64,000 nucleotides of DNA, taken from positions 17,236,001-17,300,000 of the forward strand of contig OZ210885.1 in the NCBI GenBank assembly GCA_964658305.1, written 5' to 3'. The notes beneath the pieces are model-generated. The model ran no database searches. It was given only the letters and a program-made list of their open reading frames with translations, and was not told where the DNA came from. The DNA comes from Leptogorgia sarmentosa. Taxonomy: Eukaryota. A program made the translations under genes and the position numbers. Within the stretch, counting starts at the first letter, position 1. Each line of letters begins with the position of its first letter. This document shows positions 11,200 through 24,621 of the stretch, in pieces.

Positions 11200-12458
11200 C
11201 CGATCATTAGTATTGACTTCACTGCAATCTTCACTGTGTTTGGAAATAATTCTTATTCAACATAGAAAGCCTATTTTCACAATACTGTTTGAGGCATATA
11301 CACAGAGGTATTAACTCAATCTATAAACTTTGATAACTTTGGATTTATTGACGTTAGGATTATTTAATTGTAATGTTTTAGCTAGGATGACGTTCCTACA
11401 ATTATGAAACTCAACACTGTAATTTAGTAAATCAACAGCTGGTAGCAAACCTAAACCAACTGTAGAGGTACTGTATTAAAGGATTTGAAATTGTTCTTAA
11501 CTTCGCGGAACAGCTGAAGGTAAGAAGTTTTTTGTTTATGTATAATGTTTGGGTACTAAAAAACATAGAATAAACAAAAATATTTGAAATTTCAAACAGC
11601 AAAACAAAACCCGACAAAGTTAAGGTTAAGCGCTTAAATTTTGTGCGCAAGCCATTTTTCGACTGTTGAAAAAGACCCACCCACCCCTGATTGTAAGTAG
11701 CTACACAAACAATCTGCAAAACCAAAAAGTTGTAACCAACACCTCCTTGCGAAGTTGAGATTGATTTCAATTTCTTTCACCTTTTTTATACGATGTGGAA
11801 TAAAACGTTCATATTTTTCAGTTCAAAAGCAGCTTATGCAGGTTTTCCGTAACTTTTGTCTAAAATTGAAGGACATTTTTTAAATTTAAATAGTGTCATT
11901 GTTTGTCCATTATAATCGTATAACAGAAAAAGTTTTTGGACCACTGATATTCAAATACAGGTTGCTGAAACTCTTTAAAGGCCTGTGTGGGAGAGCTAGT
12001 GGATGGGCCTTTGTTATTCACTGCACTTATAAAGTAATACCAATGAATGGTCTCTTCCACAATGAGGCTACCTGTTAGCATGTAGAAGATCTTGTTCATA
12101 AGTGTTCTTTGTTAAATTCAAAGCTTTCTAAGCGTAAATAATTTGCATCTTCAAGTTTGTGTTAGACAAATGTATCCTGTCTATTTAATGTTCAATTGCA
12201 TGTTCCAACAGATTATTATACAACTCTAGAGTTTCATTCCATCTTACAGGATGATGAATGTCACATAGATCCATTACATATTTGAAGTATACTTCATACT
12301 CATTTACTTCTTCTTGAACGTCTGGATAAATATCCAACACATGTTGACGTTGTTCATCATTAACAGGTTGTAAGAAGTCTTGTGCATTGTGCCGTTCGGG
12401 AAGGTGGCATAATTCATCTGGTCTCCCAGGAATAGCTTCATGCCTAGATCTTCTAATA

Positions 12459-12780
12459 TACAGGGTGTCTCAAAAAAAAGGTAATGGAACTTTGGCATGC
12501 CATTGTGCGTTAATTACTGGGTGTATGAACGTAATTTTCGCATGGTCATAAAGATCAGGGTCTCAGCTGTTGAATGACATGTTTTTTGTGTCATTATGAG
12601 GGTGAGCACTATAACATAGACACGAAACGTACATTTCTGAAACTGCAATACATACGAGTCAGCGGTATTTCACATTTAAAGTGTCCAGAAAACGAGTTTT
12701 TGCATTTTTGAAATGTATAGGTGAAATAAGTTTATAAGTTCTAAAACAGAAATACGATTGCATTTTTGTATCTGCGTGAC
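12459..12780 (+). mobile_element. Tc1/mariner-like terminal fragment (one end only)
   Basis: TA-CAGGGTGTCTCAAAAAAA terminus; partner end not found. Similar lone ends near 7805-7818 and 46381-46393. Confidence 0.45.
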
Positions 12781-13756
12781 GTAGTGACGCAGATATATTG
12801 CTATCGGGTCCGTGTGTGTGTGTGTGTTTGTGTGTATGTGGAAATGTTAGACACTAGGGCAAAGCAAGTTCTTGCGGGCTAAATATTACAAAATGGCGAC
12901 TGATATAGGCGCGAGCTAAAGTGGTGATGTGTTTGATCGTGGATTTTATTTCGCATGAATAGCCAGATAAAAAGAAAATGTAATGGCCGCAGCGACGAGT
13001 ATTTTGACGGAAATAGAGGTTAATTTATAAGCGTTTACGCCGTTTAGAACACTATTTACTAAGGATATTTATACACAACAATATTATGACGCAAATTATA
13101 CATTGGCATTGCTTTTAAAGATATATTAAAGAGGTCTGCTATAGAATTTCGATCATCGAAGAAAAAATATCATGACGCAAATTATACATTGTATTATCTT
13201 GAACACAGCGAATATTTAAGATTATGAAAGAGGTTCATGTCTTGACAAAATTGCGCGTATATTTTCCCAACGATTCTTCAGCGTGTCGTTCATGTTTGGA
13301 ATGCCCGCGGACCCGCGGTGTCATTGTGAATTTGTGATCACGGAATATCTACTATATGTTGACGCTTCGTCATATAGAATGGTTGAAACATTCAATCCCA
13401 GGAAAACACTCAAAACAGATTTTGTATCTTGTAATAAAACGGGTTTGTGCGTTTATTAAGCCCGAGACAATAACATGAAATGCGATATCATATGTCGTCA
13501 AGTTTCAATTCCTTATGCAATTTGATACCATAGGCGCAGATACATGTACACTTTGTGTACCTATTTTTAGTTTTAAAGTTATAAGCCATTCAAATTTGAA
13601 ATTTTCAAATTTTAACGGCAAAAGTTTTTGAAAACCGCGAAGCTGGGCAACCGGTGACTATGACGTCAAAATAGTAACTCGTTGGCAGCAGGCCTAACTC
13701 AAAGGCATATGAATACATAGGACTAGTCGCAACATAAGCGCTATATATTAAATAAA

Positions 13757-16700
13757 ATGGCCCCGTCTAGTTCAGATACGGAAAGTAACAGAGCTGGTAC
13801 AGTGATGACCCTGAGTGGAACTATATTCCTGGGCCAATATGAGATTGAAAATCCAAGTACAACCGATAAAAATATCGGTGAAGCGCAGTCATGCAGCGAT
13901 CGCGCTCAAAACTGATGCCGTAGGTCCTTGCGCAAATGAACCAATTGCTGCGGTTTGTATTTTAAATTTGCTACCATTGTCCTTTTCTGGCAGACTTGTG
14001 ACACTTGCTGTTGACCTATAACACTGCACACCTAAATAGATAAGAATGTAGAAACAATGTGCACTGTACAATGTCTCTTGAAACTACCTGATGTGGAAAG
14101 TCATGAATTCCATACAACACAAGGAGAGGTATGCTATATTATTTAAATGCCATTTCGGTAGCTATTAACTGACAAAGGAGGTACTTTACTTGTGTCGTAA
14201 CACATCCATACTCTTTGCTAGTTGCACTATGCGTGTATCTCCATGTTCTAGGGTCTCTGCATCAAAACTTTCGAATAATATTGTTGCAATAAACTCTTAA
14301 ATGCACTTAAACTTAAATTTGGTTGTCTTAAGTCTGCTGGAAAATCTAGTTACTCTTGTGTATCAATCTTCTACAACTTGACTAGTATTTGACATGCTGA
14401 TTTTGATACGGTTTTTTATCAATAGGGGGCAGGTCTACGTGAGCCAATGGATCCACTTATTGTGGAGAAAATTAAAGAAATGGACGTTATTGGTGTACGT
14501 AGTGCAGCAGAAGGCCGGCGTCATTTGTGCACATTCGTGCAAAATGATCTGTTCCGGGGAAAGGACGTTATTATCCAACGGATGGTGACATCCGAAACAT
14601 CCTCTACACATCGCGGATTGGTGATCGAAAAGCGCCAGATGATCAGATTAATTTGGATTTGAAGTTAAAAGAGTGGCAGGAAATGAATCCAGAAGACTTT
14701 ATCTTTTTTAGAGTAAGTGACTGCGTTAGTGTCTAGTGGTCTTTAAAATATGTTTTTACTGCAAAAAACGTCCACAAACCCGATCCGGTAAAATTATTAA
14801 TTGTATACTGTATAACTATAAGGGTTTAATTTGATGCAATTTTCTTCATTTAGCCATCAACACAAGACGATCAATCCAAATCGAGGTTCCTCTTCATCTA
14901 CCAATCCCAATGGATGGAAACGTCTGTTACTTTTATATGGCCAAGAAATGTGTCTGATGGACGCCACATACAGGACTTGCAGGTGTTGCATGGTTTGTTG
15001 AATAATTGTTTAAACAATATCCGATTATTCCATTAGTGCAGTAATGTCTTAACGACGTCATTGATTTAAAATCCTTAGCTTCAGATATTGTATTCCGAGC
15101 ATGCATGGGTACTGTATATTTACATATTAACTTTTTACCAGGTACGCTTACCGCTATTCTTGTGTGTCCGTTCCAATATTGGTTATATTGTCATTGCCGT
15201 TTTTATTCCGGAAAATGAGGATGCAGATTCTATATCCGAGGTGTTGAACATCATCCGAAAAGAGAATCCTGAGTGGGATCCCAGAAATATGATGGTTGAC
15301 TTCTCGCTGGCAGAAACTGCGGCTATTAATGAGTGCTTCCCAAGTAAGTATATATAGATACTAAAGATTAAAACAACCCAGGTAATACGGTTGACATCAG
15401 CCGGGAAATGTGGCCATATTAACGGAGTGGCCAGAGTATTATAAATGTGATTATTATTTAACTTATTTTTACGAGTGTTGCTTGATATACTCGTACTTTA
15501 CATGTTCTCATTTCACACATAGAAATGCATGTCCACGTCTGCGGTTTTCATTGTGAAAAGGCATGGAATGAGTTGGTGTCCAAGTATACCAACGGGGTCA
15601 CAGAGTACCGGGAGGAAGTACTACAGTACCTTCGTAAACATCGCCAAAAGTCCAAAATAAAACCGTAAGCGAATAAACATTTTACAATATATGCAGACCA
15701 AATAGCTAAAATTACTCAAGTGGTTCCGAATATTCGAAAAACATTGAAGAATATTAAAGTTAAATGTCATTGAAAATTCGTGTCGCGTTCCCAAATCACG
15801 TTCAGTCTGTATGGGCCTTGAATCCCACTACGGTAAAACAGCCATAAATAGTCTTCTTATCATTACTATCTCTCAATATTTCCACGCTAAATCGTTTATA
15901 GAAATGGGTACGTTTTTATCGCGACGAAAAATTACATGTTGCTATCTACACTAACAATGGAATCGAACTGCAAAATAATTGGTTGAAACAGTCGTACTTG
16001 GAAAGTAGAAGGAACAGCTCAATTACTGACCTCGTGGAGATAATAATAAAGCAGTTTCTGCCTGATAGTTACAAAAAGTAAGGTTTTAGAACTGATATGT
16101 TGTCGTTCCGAGAGTCTGTCACATGTAGTTACCTACTGAAAGCATTATATTTCCTTTTCTTTAAAGGTATAAAGAAAACAACATCAGATGCACTGAATCG
16201 TACAGATGTTATGACAGCTGTGTGCCAAAGTTTCTCCACAACAGGCCCAATTATGTTGTTGAGCATATAATGAAGCGGATGGATTCAGGAATCGAAGGCG
16301 CTCTTATAACCCAGGAGACACCCAAACTCTTTACGGTACGAAGTTTCCAGACAACTTATCAAGTTTGGTTACGATCTGAACGCCAGTTACCTTCCTGCCA
16401 GTGTCTGAATTTCAGAATGAAAAAGTGACCATGTAAACACATTTGTGCAGTCGTTCAGCAACCGAATATATGATGGGAGGCCCTTGGTACATTCTTTGGT
16501 AGCCATCCATTATTTAGTCTGGATAGTTAGATAATCTCATCGGAAATTGAAGTAGTAGATGCCAGTAATGCTGACGTTCAAGGAAAAGGATCCCCTCTTC
16601 ATTCAAAGGCAAATAACAGTGATGACAGCATGTCACGGGATAGTCCTAAAAAGGATGAAAGTTCAGCAGACAGAAGCGATTCAGCTATGGCAAGCCTTCC

Positions 16701-18390
16701 TCCAAGAAAAAGATCTAACATTCGGCAGCAGTGTGTGCAAACCCTTAAATCTCTACACGATGAATTATACATTTTGACGGAAAGAGATGTTTTGGAAAAC
16801 ACGTTAAAAAAATAACGGACGTTCTAAATTACACTAGAATGTGTCATCGCCTAGAGAATGGAATAACCCTTAAGGATAAATCTCTGTCACCCAAGAAATC
16901 TGTGATGAGCAAGTCACGGAAATTGAAATATGCGATGAGCAAGACGCGAAAAGTTAGTAAATTACCAAAAAGACCAAAAAAGGAGCATTTTAAAAAGAGG
17001 GTGGGCACTGCAGCAGAATTAAGGAAAGCGAAAATTGATGTGGACGAAACTGGAAACGTGATATCAAACAGGAAAAGAAGCAAGCCTCAACCCTTGAGCC
17101 TCAAGTTAAATAAAAAGAAGAAAAGGAATGCAGTAGACAGGGAACCACCTGCAAATGCAAATGACAGTAACAATGTTTGGGTGATGATAAACGGCATCAA
17201 ATTGACCTACCACTTGAGAAATATACTCCTGAACAAAAATGGATGGCTCACTGTCGATCAGATGGATGCTACACAATCTCTCATTCAAGATCTGGGCACA
17301 GGAGTAGGAGGTTTGAATAATATTTCAATCATGGCGCATTGTAGTAGATTTGTTGTACCTCACGAACAGCACCAAACCATTCAGTGCCACAATATTGGAC
17401 ATCATTGGGTGACGTCAAGCTCCATCTCTTGCGATGTTTGTGTTTATGAAAGCTTAAATACGAACTTAAATAATTCCTTAAAGCGGCAGTTAGTGTGTTT
17501 GTACAAAGGGCTTGGCAAGAATGATGGTTCTCTTAATGTCACAGTTGTTCTTAAACAGCGGCAGATTGGAAGTGCAGACTGCGGTCAGTATACTTTATGA
17601 CAATACGGTGAGTTCATATAACTATAGTTTATTTTATGGATGGGAAAACCATAAGGTTTCAGTTTATCATAACCGTCCATATGCCAACAAAAATTTCGCC
17701 CCGGGTGAATCTAAGGCCTTCTTCTCAGACGATGCGCCCGTCTTGTTTCGCAGCCGTCTGGATCTAATTCTCTTAACAACTCTTCAACTTTTTTGCGCGG
17801 TAGCATGTATCGTTCCCGGCGAAGAGTGTGCCATATACTCCGGTAACCATACATATTCGTGCTCGAACCTCATTGTCATTGGAGATCACAGATTTCCGGG
17901 AAAGACCAAGCCTTTTCAGTCGGTTCCTTAAGGTACTCAAGCACATTGAAATTCCGTGAAATTTCGCAAAAAAATCGATTATTACCTTGTATTCATAACC
18001 CTGTTTGAAATAATACTTGAGAGCTTGTGTCTCACTTGATAGCATTGACAACTTCAGAATTCTGAACGCAGCAGCAGAAGTCCGGCATGGCGGAGCAGTC
18101 AATCCCTTATAACACAGGTTTGTGTGTCTCCAGTATTCTTCTTTTGACTTAAAATGTGTCTTCTTCAGTCTTTAATACTTCATTTAGTCAACACTCGACT
18201 AAGTCTGAAATCTAAGCCATTTCTACACCAATAGTTTGCATATCTTGTGGTGAGGAATGGGAGTCACTCTTGCTCAAAATGTATAAAGCCGTGCCACAAT
18301 TTCGTGCCATGTAGTGTCCCTGGAAAAGAAGAAGGATATGGAGCAGCATTCCTGTGTTCTAAGTGTCAACAATCTCAAGATATGTATTAA
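13757..18390 (+). pseudogene. Multi-exon MULE/Mutator-type transposase with SWIM finger, Ulp1/C48-like protease and probable terminal PHD remnant
   Basis: YGQEMCLMDATY; LPLFLCVRSNIGYIVIAVFIPENED...MVDFSLAETAAI; TNNGIE..N..LK; SWIM CQC...PCKH; Ulp1-like WLT..QM...HWV...VYESL...QRQIGSADCG. GT-AG introns, stops and frameshifts. Confidence 0.8.
17773..18040 (-). pseudogene. N-terminal HTH fragment of an IS3EU-type transposase, inserted in the MULE gene
   Basis: LKYYFKQGYEYKVIIDFFAKFHGISMCLSTLRNRLKRLGLSRK aligns by eye with IEYYFHRGFQYKNIVFLLEKYHNIRLSERTLK*KLKDFGLKRR at 59345-59470. Confidence 0.75.
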
Positions 18391-18590
18391 CACTCTGTCA
18401 CTCTGTAGTATGTACTCTGTATCATTGTAGTTACTATTTGGTAGTTAGTACCTAGTATACAACACTAATTAATATATTGACTTTTCAGTTTTCAGTATTC
18501 AGTAACAGGCTACAGCCTACAGCCATTCCATTTACCCTTTAGGCAATTGCCAATTACACAATGCGTTGCCTGTTATTGCTGTAGACATTC

Positions 18591-18725
18591 TTGATTTCAA
18601 TTCAAATTGAAATTTTTAATTTGTTAATTTCATTAATCATTATAAGTTTTAACTTTGTTGATTTCAATTCAAATTGAAATTTTTAATTTGTTAATTTCAT
18701 TAATCATTATAAGTTTTAACTTTGT
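18591..18725. repeat. Perfect tandem duplication, 67-bp period
   Basis: ttgatttcaattcaaattgaaa...aactttgt occurs twice, at 18591 and 18658. Confidence 0.9.
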
Positions 18726-18871
18726 ACAGTCAAAGTCAAGACCTGAAATATCCAGAAAAGCAGCAAAGGCAAAGTAGTTTGCTTAGTTTTTTTGGTTGTA
18801 AACCAAGTGAGCAATCCCATAACCAAAAGAGGTCTTTATCTCCAGCCCCTTTACCTTTTTCTTAAAGTAAA

Positions 18872-21800
18872 ATGGCTAAAACTGTACCAGGTACACTGAT
18901 GCCCAAACGACCACCTTCCAAAGAACCCAGCATCTGTTTAACATGTTACAAGTGAGTCACTGTCACTGAGTTTGAAATTTAAAACAGCATGGTTCCCACT
19001 CTGCAGTATAGTTTTGTGCAGCAAATTTGACCAAACTTCACAGAAACTTGATGACACTAGTCTTATTATACTATAACACCAATCCTGCTAATTTTTTAGG
19101 AATGATAATCATATGAACCCTAAACAACGGCATGTTGACACGGTACATAAAGGAGATGTTTCAGTTCAGTTTGTAACAATTGACCATGTTCAGGCAAAAG
19201 AGCCACTACGTTTATATATAATGCTTGCCAGAAAAAAGGAAAACCTCCAGATGCTTTGCCACCAGTACCCAAGCCTGACCAGCTGCCCTCTAGCAGCTCT
19301 CAATGTCCACAACCAAAAGCAACATCAACTGTTAATAGTGAGACATCAAACCAAACAAACATTCAGTCTGATACTATTGAAGGTCAAATGAAACACACAG
19401 GAATAGAAGAAAAGTTAGATAGTATCATTGATATGTTGGACAAATTATCTGTAAAATTTGGTGACTCAGCATCTAACCCAAAACCAACTTTCCCCGAATT
19501 GTCAGTTCTCATTAACGAACTGTCAAGTGATAGTGCTAATGCAAGCACATTGGATTGGAGTTCTGTTGATAACATTATAGACCTAACTGGTAAAATTGAA
19601 TATATAAGATTCTTTGCCAGTACAGATAACACAAAAGCTTGCATTTGCTGCCAGACGTGTTTTGATTACCTTTGCATGGAAGATAGAGTACTTAGGAAAT
19701 TGAAAGAGCAAGGTGTTACAGGCACTGATAACCATGCTATTGATGCTCATATTAGAAAGTAAGTAGTATGCAGTACTGTTGAATGCCATACATGTTATAG
19801 AACTTCACCTTAGATAATTGTAAAGTAGTAAAAGTACATCACATTGGCTATAACCCGAGTGTGAGAGCCTTACAACTGGCTATAACTGTACAGCCTAGCT
19901 TTTGTAGTTGATAAACCTTGTGCATGAATATGAATCCCGGTAACAAAGATAATGCTATTTTCTACTTGGGTGTGTTGACCAACCTTGAGCATGGTATGCG
20001 CATGGAATTGAAGGATAAACTGTTTTAATAAATACTGTTTTGCAGATATGGGAACAACTTATCCACAGGACTTTTTTTGGAAGGTGACACTGTTTATAAA
20101 ATTCTAGAAGGCCAGAATGCTGTATGGCATCATTTAAAAATAGAATTAAAATCCACATTTGGTGCACGGGAGACAATGCAAAACTCATATAGAAGCCCTC
20201 AAAGTAAGTTACATAATAATGCAGTGAGATTAATATAATTTGAACATCATGTTTAACATGATGGAAGCAAATGTGTCTTGCAACTAGAGATGTACTAATG
20301 TTGTACAGGAATTTTAGAAAAGCGTGGATCAAGTGTGACGAAAAATCTTGTCAGGGTTGCTCTGACAAGAATCACAGGTTGAATCCCATGTTGCTGCTCA
20401 TGTGTCAACAGGTTCAGATATGGGTGAGATTGGTCACAGCCGTAAGCAGTTCAATGACATGTTAAAGGCATGAATGTAGTGTGGGTGTATTATCAGTAGT
20501 GTGTATATCTAAAATATATCCTTTTAGGTTTCGATTTCATTGAATATTGTTATATTTCATTGGTTAACTCAGGTTAAGTCGTCTGTAGATATTAGCATAT
20601 AATTATTATGCATGCGATGATAATAATATTCGAAATAAGGATTTGCAATATTCGCGCGTCAACAGTGGTGGTTTATATTAACCTTCGATCAGAGATATTC
20701 AAAAATATCCGCACAATAGTATCGTGATTGAGTGATTCTACTTATTTAGGCAAGATATTTTTGTTTGGTCATGGTTATACGAACGTATTTAGACACGACT
20801 TATTCAGTAATCGGGCAAGCTGCCTATGAATGCGAAGCCACCGTGTGGGAAATATAACATTGTTTACATGCTATAGTATTTGTAACGTGAAGTATTTCGA
20901 CCTATATAGCATCATCCTATTGTTGACATGAAATTGTATCCACATTATTTTTTTCGCTAAATGTGCCTCTATTTCACTCAGTTTGAAAATGCGAATTTCT
21001 GCACTAAAGGTTTGCTCAGAACGCAGGAAATGGCATTTGCGAAATCCACATTTCAAAAATTTTCCGGGGGGACCGCCCTAATTCCGTGAAGATCTTCTCC
21101 TAGCATCAGTGAAGAAATTGCCTAGATCCACCACATTTCTGTGTCCTTGCAGATAAATCAACAATCCATCGTGTAACTAACCAGTGTGTGATCATTACTA
21201 CAATGGTGGAAGGAAGCAATTGTTGTCCAAGCACCAGTTGTTTACCATGACAATGAAGACACTGAATCTGCTGATGTTGTTACTGGTGCAAATGCTCCAG
21301 AGTTGGCCGACTCCATCCACCAAACAATAACAAAAGCTTACCCAGAACTACCAGGGAAACTTGCAACCTTGTGGCAGGGTTGTGTTATGGATGGGCAGTA
21401 CCAAGCCAAAGGGTTTGCTAAGAAATTAGGAGAACTCCTGAAGAAGCAACCTACAGAGTTTTTCAGTGTTGTATGGGATGCACCACACTGGGTGAATCTT
21501 GCCATTGATGATGTGATTGGTGGAAAAATTGGTACATCCAGTTCCCATTGTGAAGCGGTTGATAGGTATATCACTATCAGTATACAGATTATATAGAATA
21601 TATTAAGACACACCTCGTCTTGTTTGTTTGTGATTATGTACTATAATCTAATTGTAAAGAAGGCATTTCTTTGCTTGTTTTAAGGACGAACTTCGACTAT
21701 CCATAAACTTTTCCAAAGTGGCAAAGCTTTGGCTGAAGCCAGAAGCAAGGCAAATGAAATGGACACCTATGTTTACTTAACACGCCGCATGTGTGCTACG

Positions 21801-23265
21801 CGATTTGCCACATCCCAAGTACACGAATTTCGTAAATTGATCGCATCAATTCATGTTTACATGGCAACATATAGAGAACTTCACCAGCATAAAAGTGATT
21901 TTGAAGTACGACAGTAGGAAATTTGTGGCAAAGATTTTATTGCTGATCTATGTGGCAGTTTTGATGTGTTTATGCCAGTCATACCGTACTGGGTGCGCTT
22001 GCAAGACCTCCAAGTACCTATTTGGAAAGCAGTGACATGGTACCCTGTGGTTCAAGCTTATTTTGACAAACTAGCAGATTGATTCTCCCAGCAACAATCG
22101 CATGTACCTTAATGCCAACATTGCTGACATAAAATCATTTACGTTTCATGGTGAAACGTTAGTTGATGGCTGGTTGCGTGTCAGAAATGGCACAACGGAG
22201 ACCGACGAGGGAATGGTTGAAGTCATCAACTGGGAAGGTAGGCAGTTGGATGACGATCAACATGACCTACAAAACTTGGCAAACGATTTGTCCAAGTCAT
22301 TACAGGGTCGCATGGACAAATGCACATCAAGTATCCAGGCCACCCTCACCTGTATTGACTTAGATATTATTTTCAGCTTGTTGGTGGGCACCCGCAACCA
22401 CAACGGTTATCCCTCACATACACATGAAGACGAACTGGTAAAGTACGCAAAAGAAGTGTTCGCCGCTTTTTTTTCCTATGTGTGTTCTCTACCACATGTA
22501 ATCGAGCTTGCGCAAAACCATTTTATGAACCTAAATTTACGAACAGTTTATTCCAACAAAGTTTTATCAAAGCTTAAAAATACACTGAAGGCAGTGTTGT
22601 GGACACCAAGTTTTGTAGAGGTACTATGTAAATGGCTAGTGGTAATTAATGTCGCAGAAAATGGTGAGGTAATGTCTTGTTAGCACATTGTTCTTTGACT
22701 TCTTTCCAGATATCTGCATGTATTTAATATATTTATTTTGATAGCTTATCACAATATCAAATTTTAAGGTAACGGAGAACAACCTGGGGAATGAAAAAGA
22801 TAAAGTTGTAAGCCTTTTAAAATTTGAGAAATTGGAATTTTCCCATTTGCCACAACAATTCTACCTTGTGAACCTCTATATGGCCACCTTTTCTTTGAAT
22901 GCTACCAAACCAAAGGCATATTTAGTGAGAGTTGACGAATGTGAAGTGTACAGGTACAAAAAGACATAACTTATGGCATACACTGTGACTGTGTAAAAAA
23001 CGTCTAACATTCTGGAATAACAAGCAATGTATGTTCACCAACGTTTCTTTATTTTGTATGTTGAACAAGTAACAACTTTTCCTTTTTCTGTAGATCATTC
23101 TACACCGATTCGTCGGTCTCGGAGTTGCTGGGGGTCGAAATGATGGTCGCAATTGACATTGCCCTAGCATTTGGATCAACAGAGGCTATAGTTGAATCTT
23201 TGTATTCTGTTATGCAATCCCAGGCTATGCCCGGAGGACAGGACAACAGCACATCAGCATTAAGG
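18872..23265 (+). pseudogene. Decayed multi-exon hAT-like transposase
   Basis: MDGQY, VVWDAPHWVNLA (CxxH-like position), CATRFATS (RW-like) and GSTEAIVESLYSVM (SxxERxFS-like) in the expected order, with many introns and stops. Confidence 0.55.
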
Positions 23266-23458
23266 TTTCAATGTAAATCATGTAATTGCTCTACAAAATA
23301 TATTTTAAAATATTTTATCATTATAATTTATGCCTAATAAGCATAATACTAATACGTATACAATTCTACTTCATGATTGGTTATTGTCGCTAAGGAGTCA
23401 CATGAGATAGGCGCGCGAAGCTAGATCACTTGCAACCGAAACTTGGTCGAGATCGCAC

Positions 23459-24610
23459 GTGTTGTCGATTGTCCGCGCTTTGGACAATCTCATTCAACAC
23501 GAAGACGAAAATAAAATAACAGAAGAAGCTGTTACAATACCAGGCGATAAACAAGCTGTGTCGGATGTACTGACGAGCTTGAACGATAACCTGACCGCTC
23601 TAGCGAGTTCTATGCAGGTTATGGGTGAGTCGATTGCCGACCTTCGCCAGTCTCGGTCTACCGCTACTGCCAAACGAGTTTCTCGGGCGGAAGATCCATC
23701 AACATGTAGAGCAAAGAGGCAGCGTAAAGCTCTCGCGACCGACGATTCTGATTTGGACGTCGAAGCCTTGCTTGCTCCATCAGATAATGATCAACAGACC
23801 GACGACCGTGATGTTGACGATACTGGCAGTGATGGCGATAAAGTCGAAGAAGAAGATGAGTTGCTCAAGACACTCGCAGCAGAATACATGAGCGAAGAAA
23901 AGACCAGTAGCCCTATATCGTCACAGCTGGCTGCCATCCTTGACAAGAGCTGGTCGAACACATTGTCAGATGACAGACTAAAAGAGAAAACGGCGAGGTA
24001 TGATCGGCCTGAAAATTGTGGTCGGCTCCTCGCTCCTAAAGTCAACCCTGAAATTTGGTCAAGAATATCAAACGTCGGTCAACGGCAAGATCTGAAGTTT
24101 GTCGCCATTCAAAAAGTGTTAGCCACCGCCGGTGTCGCTTTAGCAAAATCGACGCAAGCGTTGTTAGCCAACCAGCCATTCAATTTTGGCCAAGCATGTG
24201 ATGAGTTCAATTCTCACAGGAAAGAAATCCTAACCTCCCAAATCGACGCACTTGCCCTCTTGGGGCATGCCAATTACCACTTATCGCTTCGCCGGCGTGA
24301 ATTGCTCAAGCCGTTTTTGAAGAAAGAATACGCTTCACTCTGCTCTTCACAGACTGCAGTCTCGGCACTCTTGTTTGGAGAAGAGTTGCAAACTCAACTT
24401 ACTGCAATTCGTGCCTCAAACCGAATTAGCAATACAGCCATCCATCCAGATCAACGATCGGGCGGCCCGAGTGGTGCCAACCTCTCCAATCGTAATTGGC
24501 GCTTCGGCAGAGGTAATGACCGTAGTAGTAATGACCCCTACTCGCGCTGGAACAACAGGAGCAGCACGAACCAACAAAAGCCGCGGAGAGGGGCGAGCAA
24601 GAAGCAATAA
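23459..24610 (+). CDS. DIRS1 gag-like ORF
   Basis: RPENC..L.APKVNPEIW, QDLKF..IQK, LLGHANYHLSLRRRELLKP, LFGEEL. Confidence 0.88.
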   Translation: MLSIVRALDNLIQHEDENKITEEAVTIPGDKQAVSDVLTSLNDNLTALASSMQVMGESIADLRQSRSTATAKRVSRAEDPSTCRAKRQRKALATDDSDLDVEALLAPSDNDQQTDDRDVDDTGSDGDKVEEEDELLKTLAAEYMSEEKTSSPISSQLAAILDKSWSNTLSDDRLKEKTARYDRPENCGRLLAPKVNPEIWSRISNVGQRQDLKFVAIQKVLATAGVALAKSTQALLANQPFNFGQACDEFNSHRKEILTSQIDALALLGHANYHLSLRRRELLKPFLKKEYASLCSSQTAVSALLFGEELQTQLTAIRASNRISNTAIHPDQRSGGPSGANLSNRNWRFGRGNDRSSNDPYSRWNNRSSTNQQKPRRGASKKQ

Positions 24611-24621
24611 ACAATGACCCT

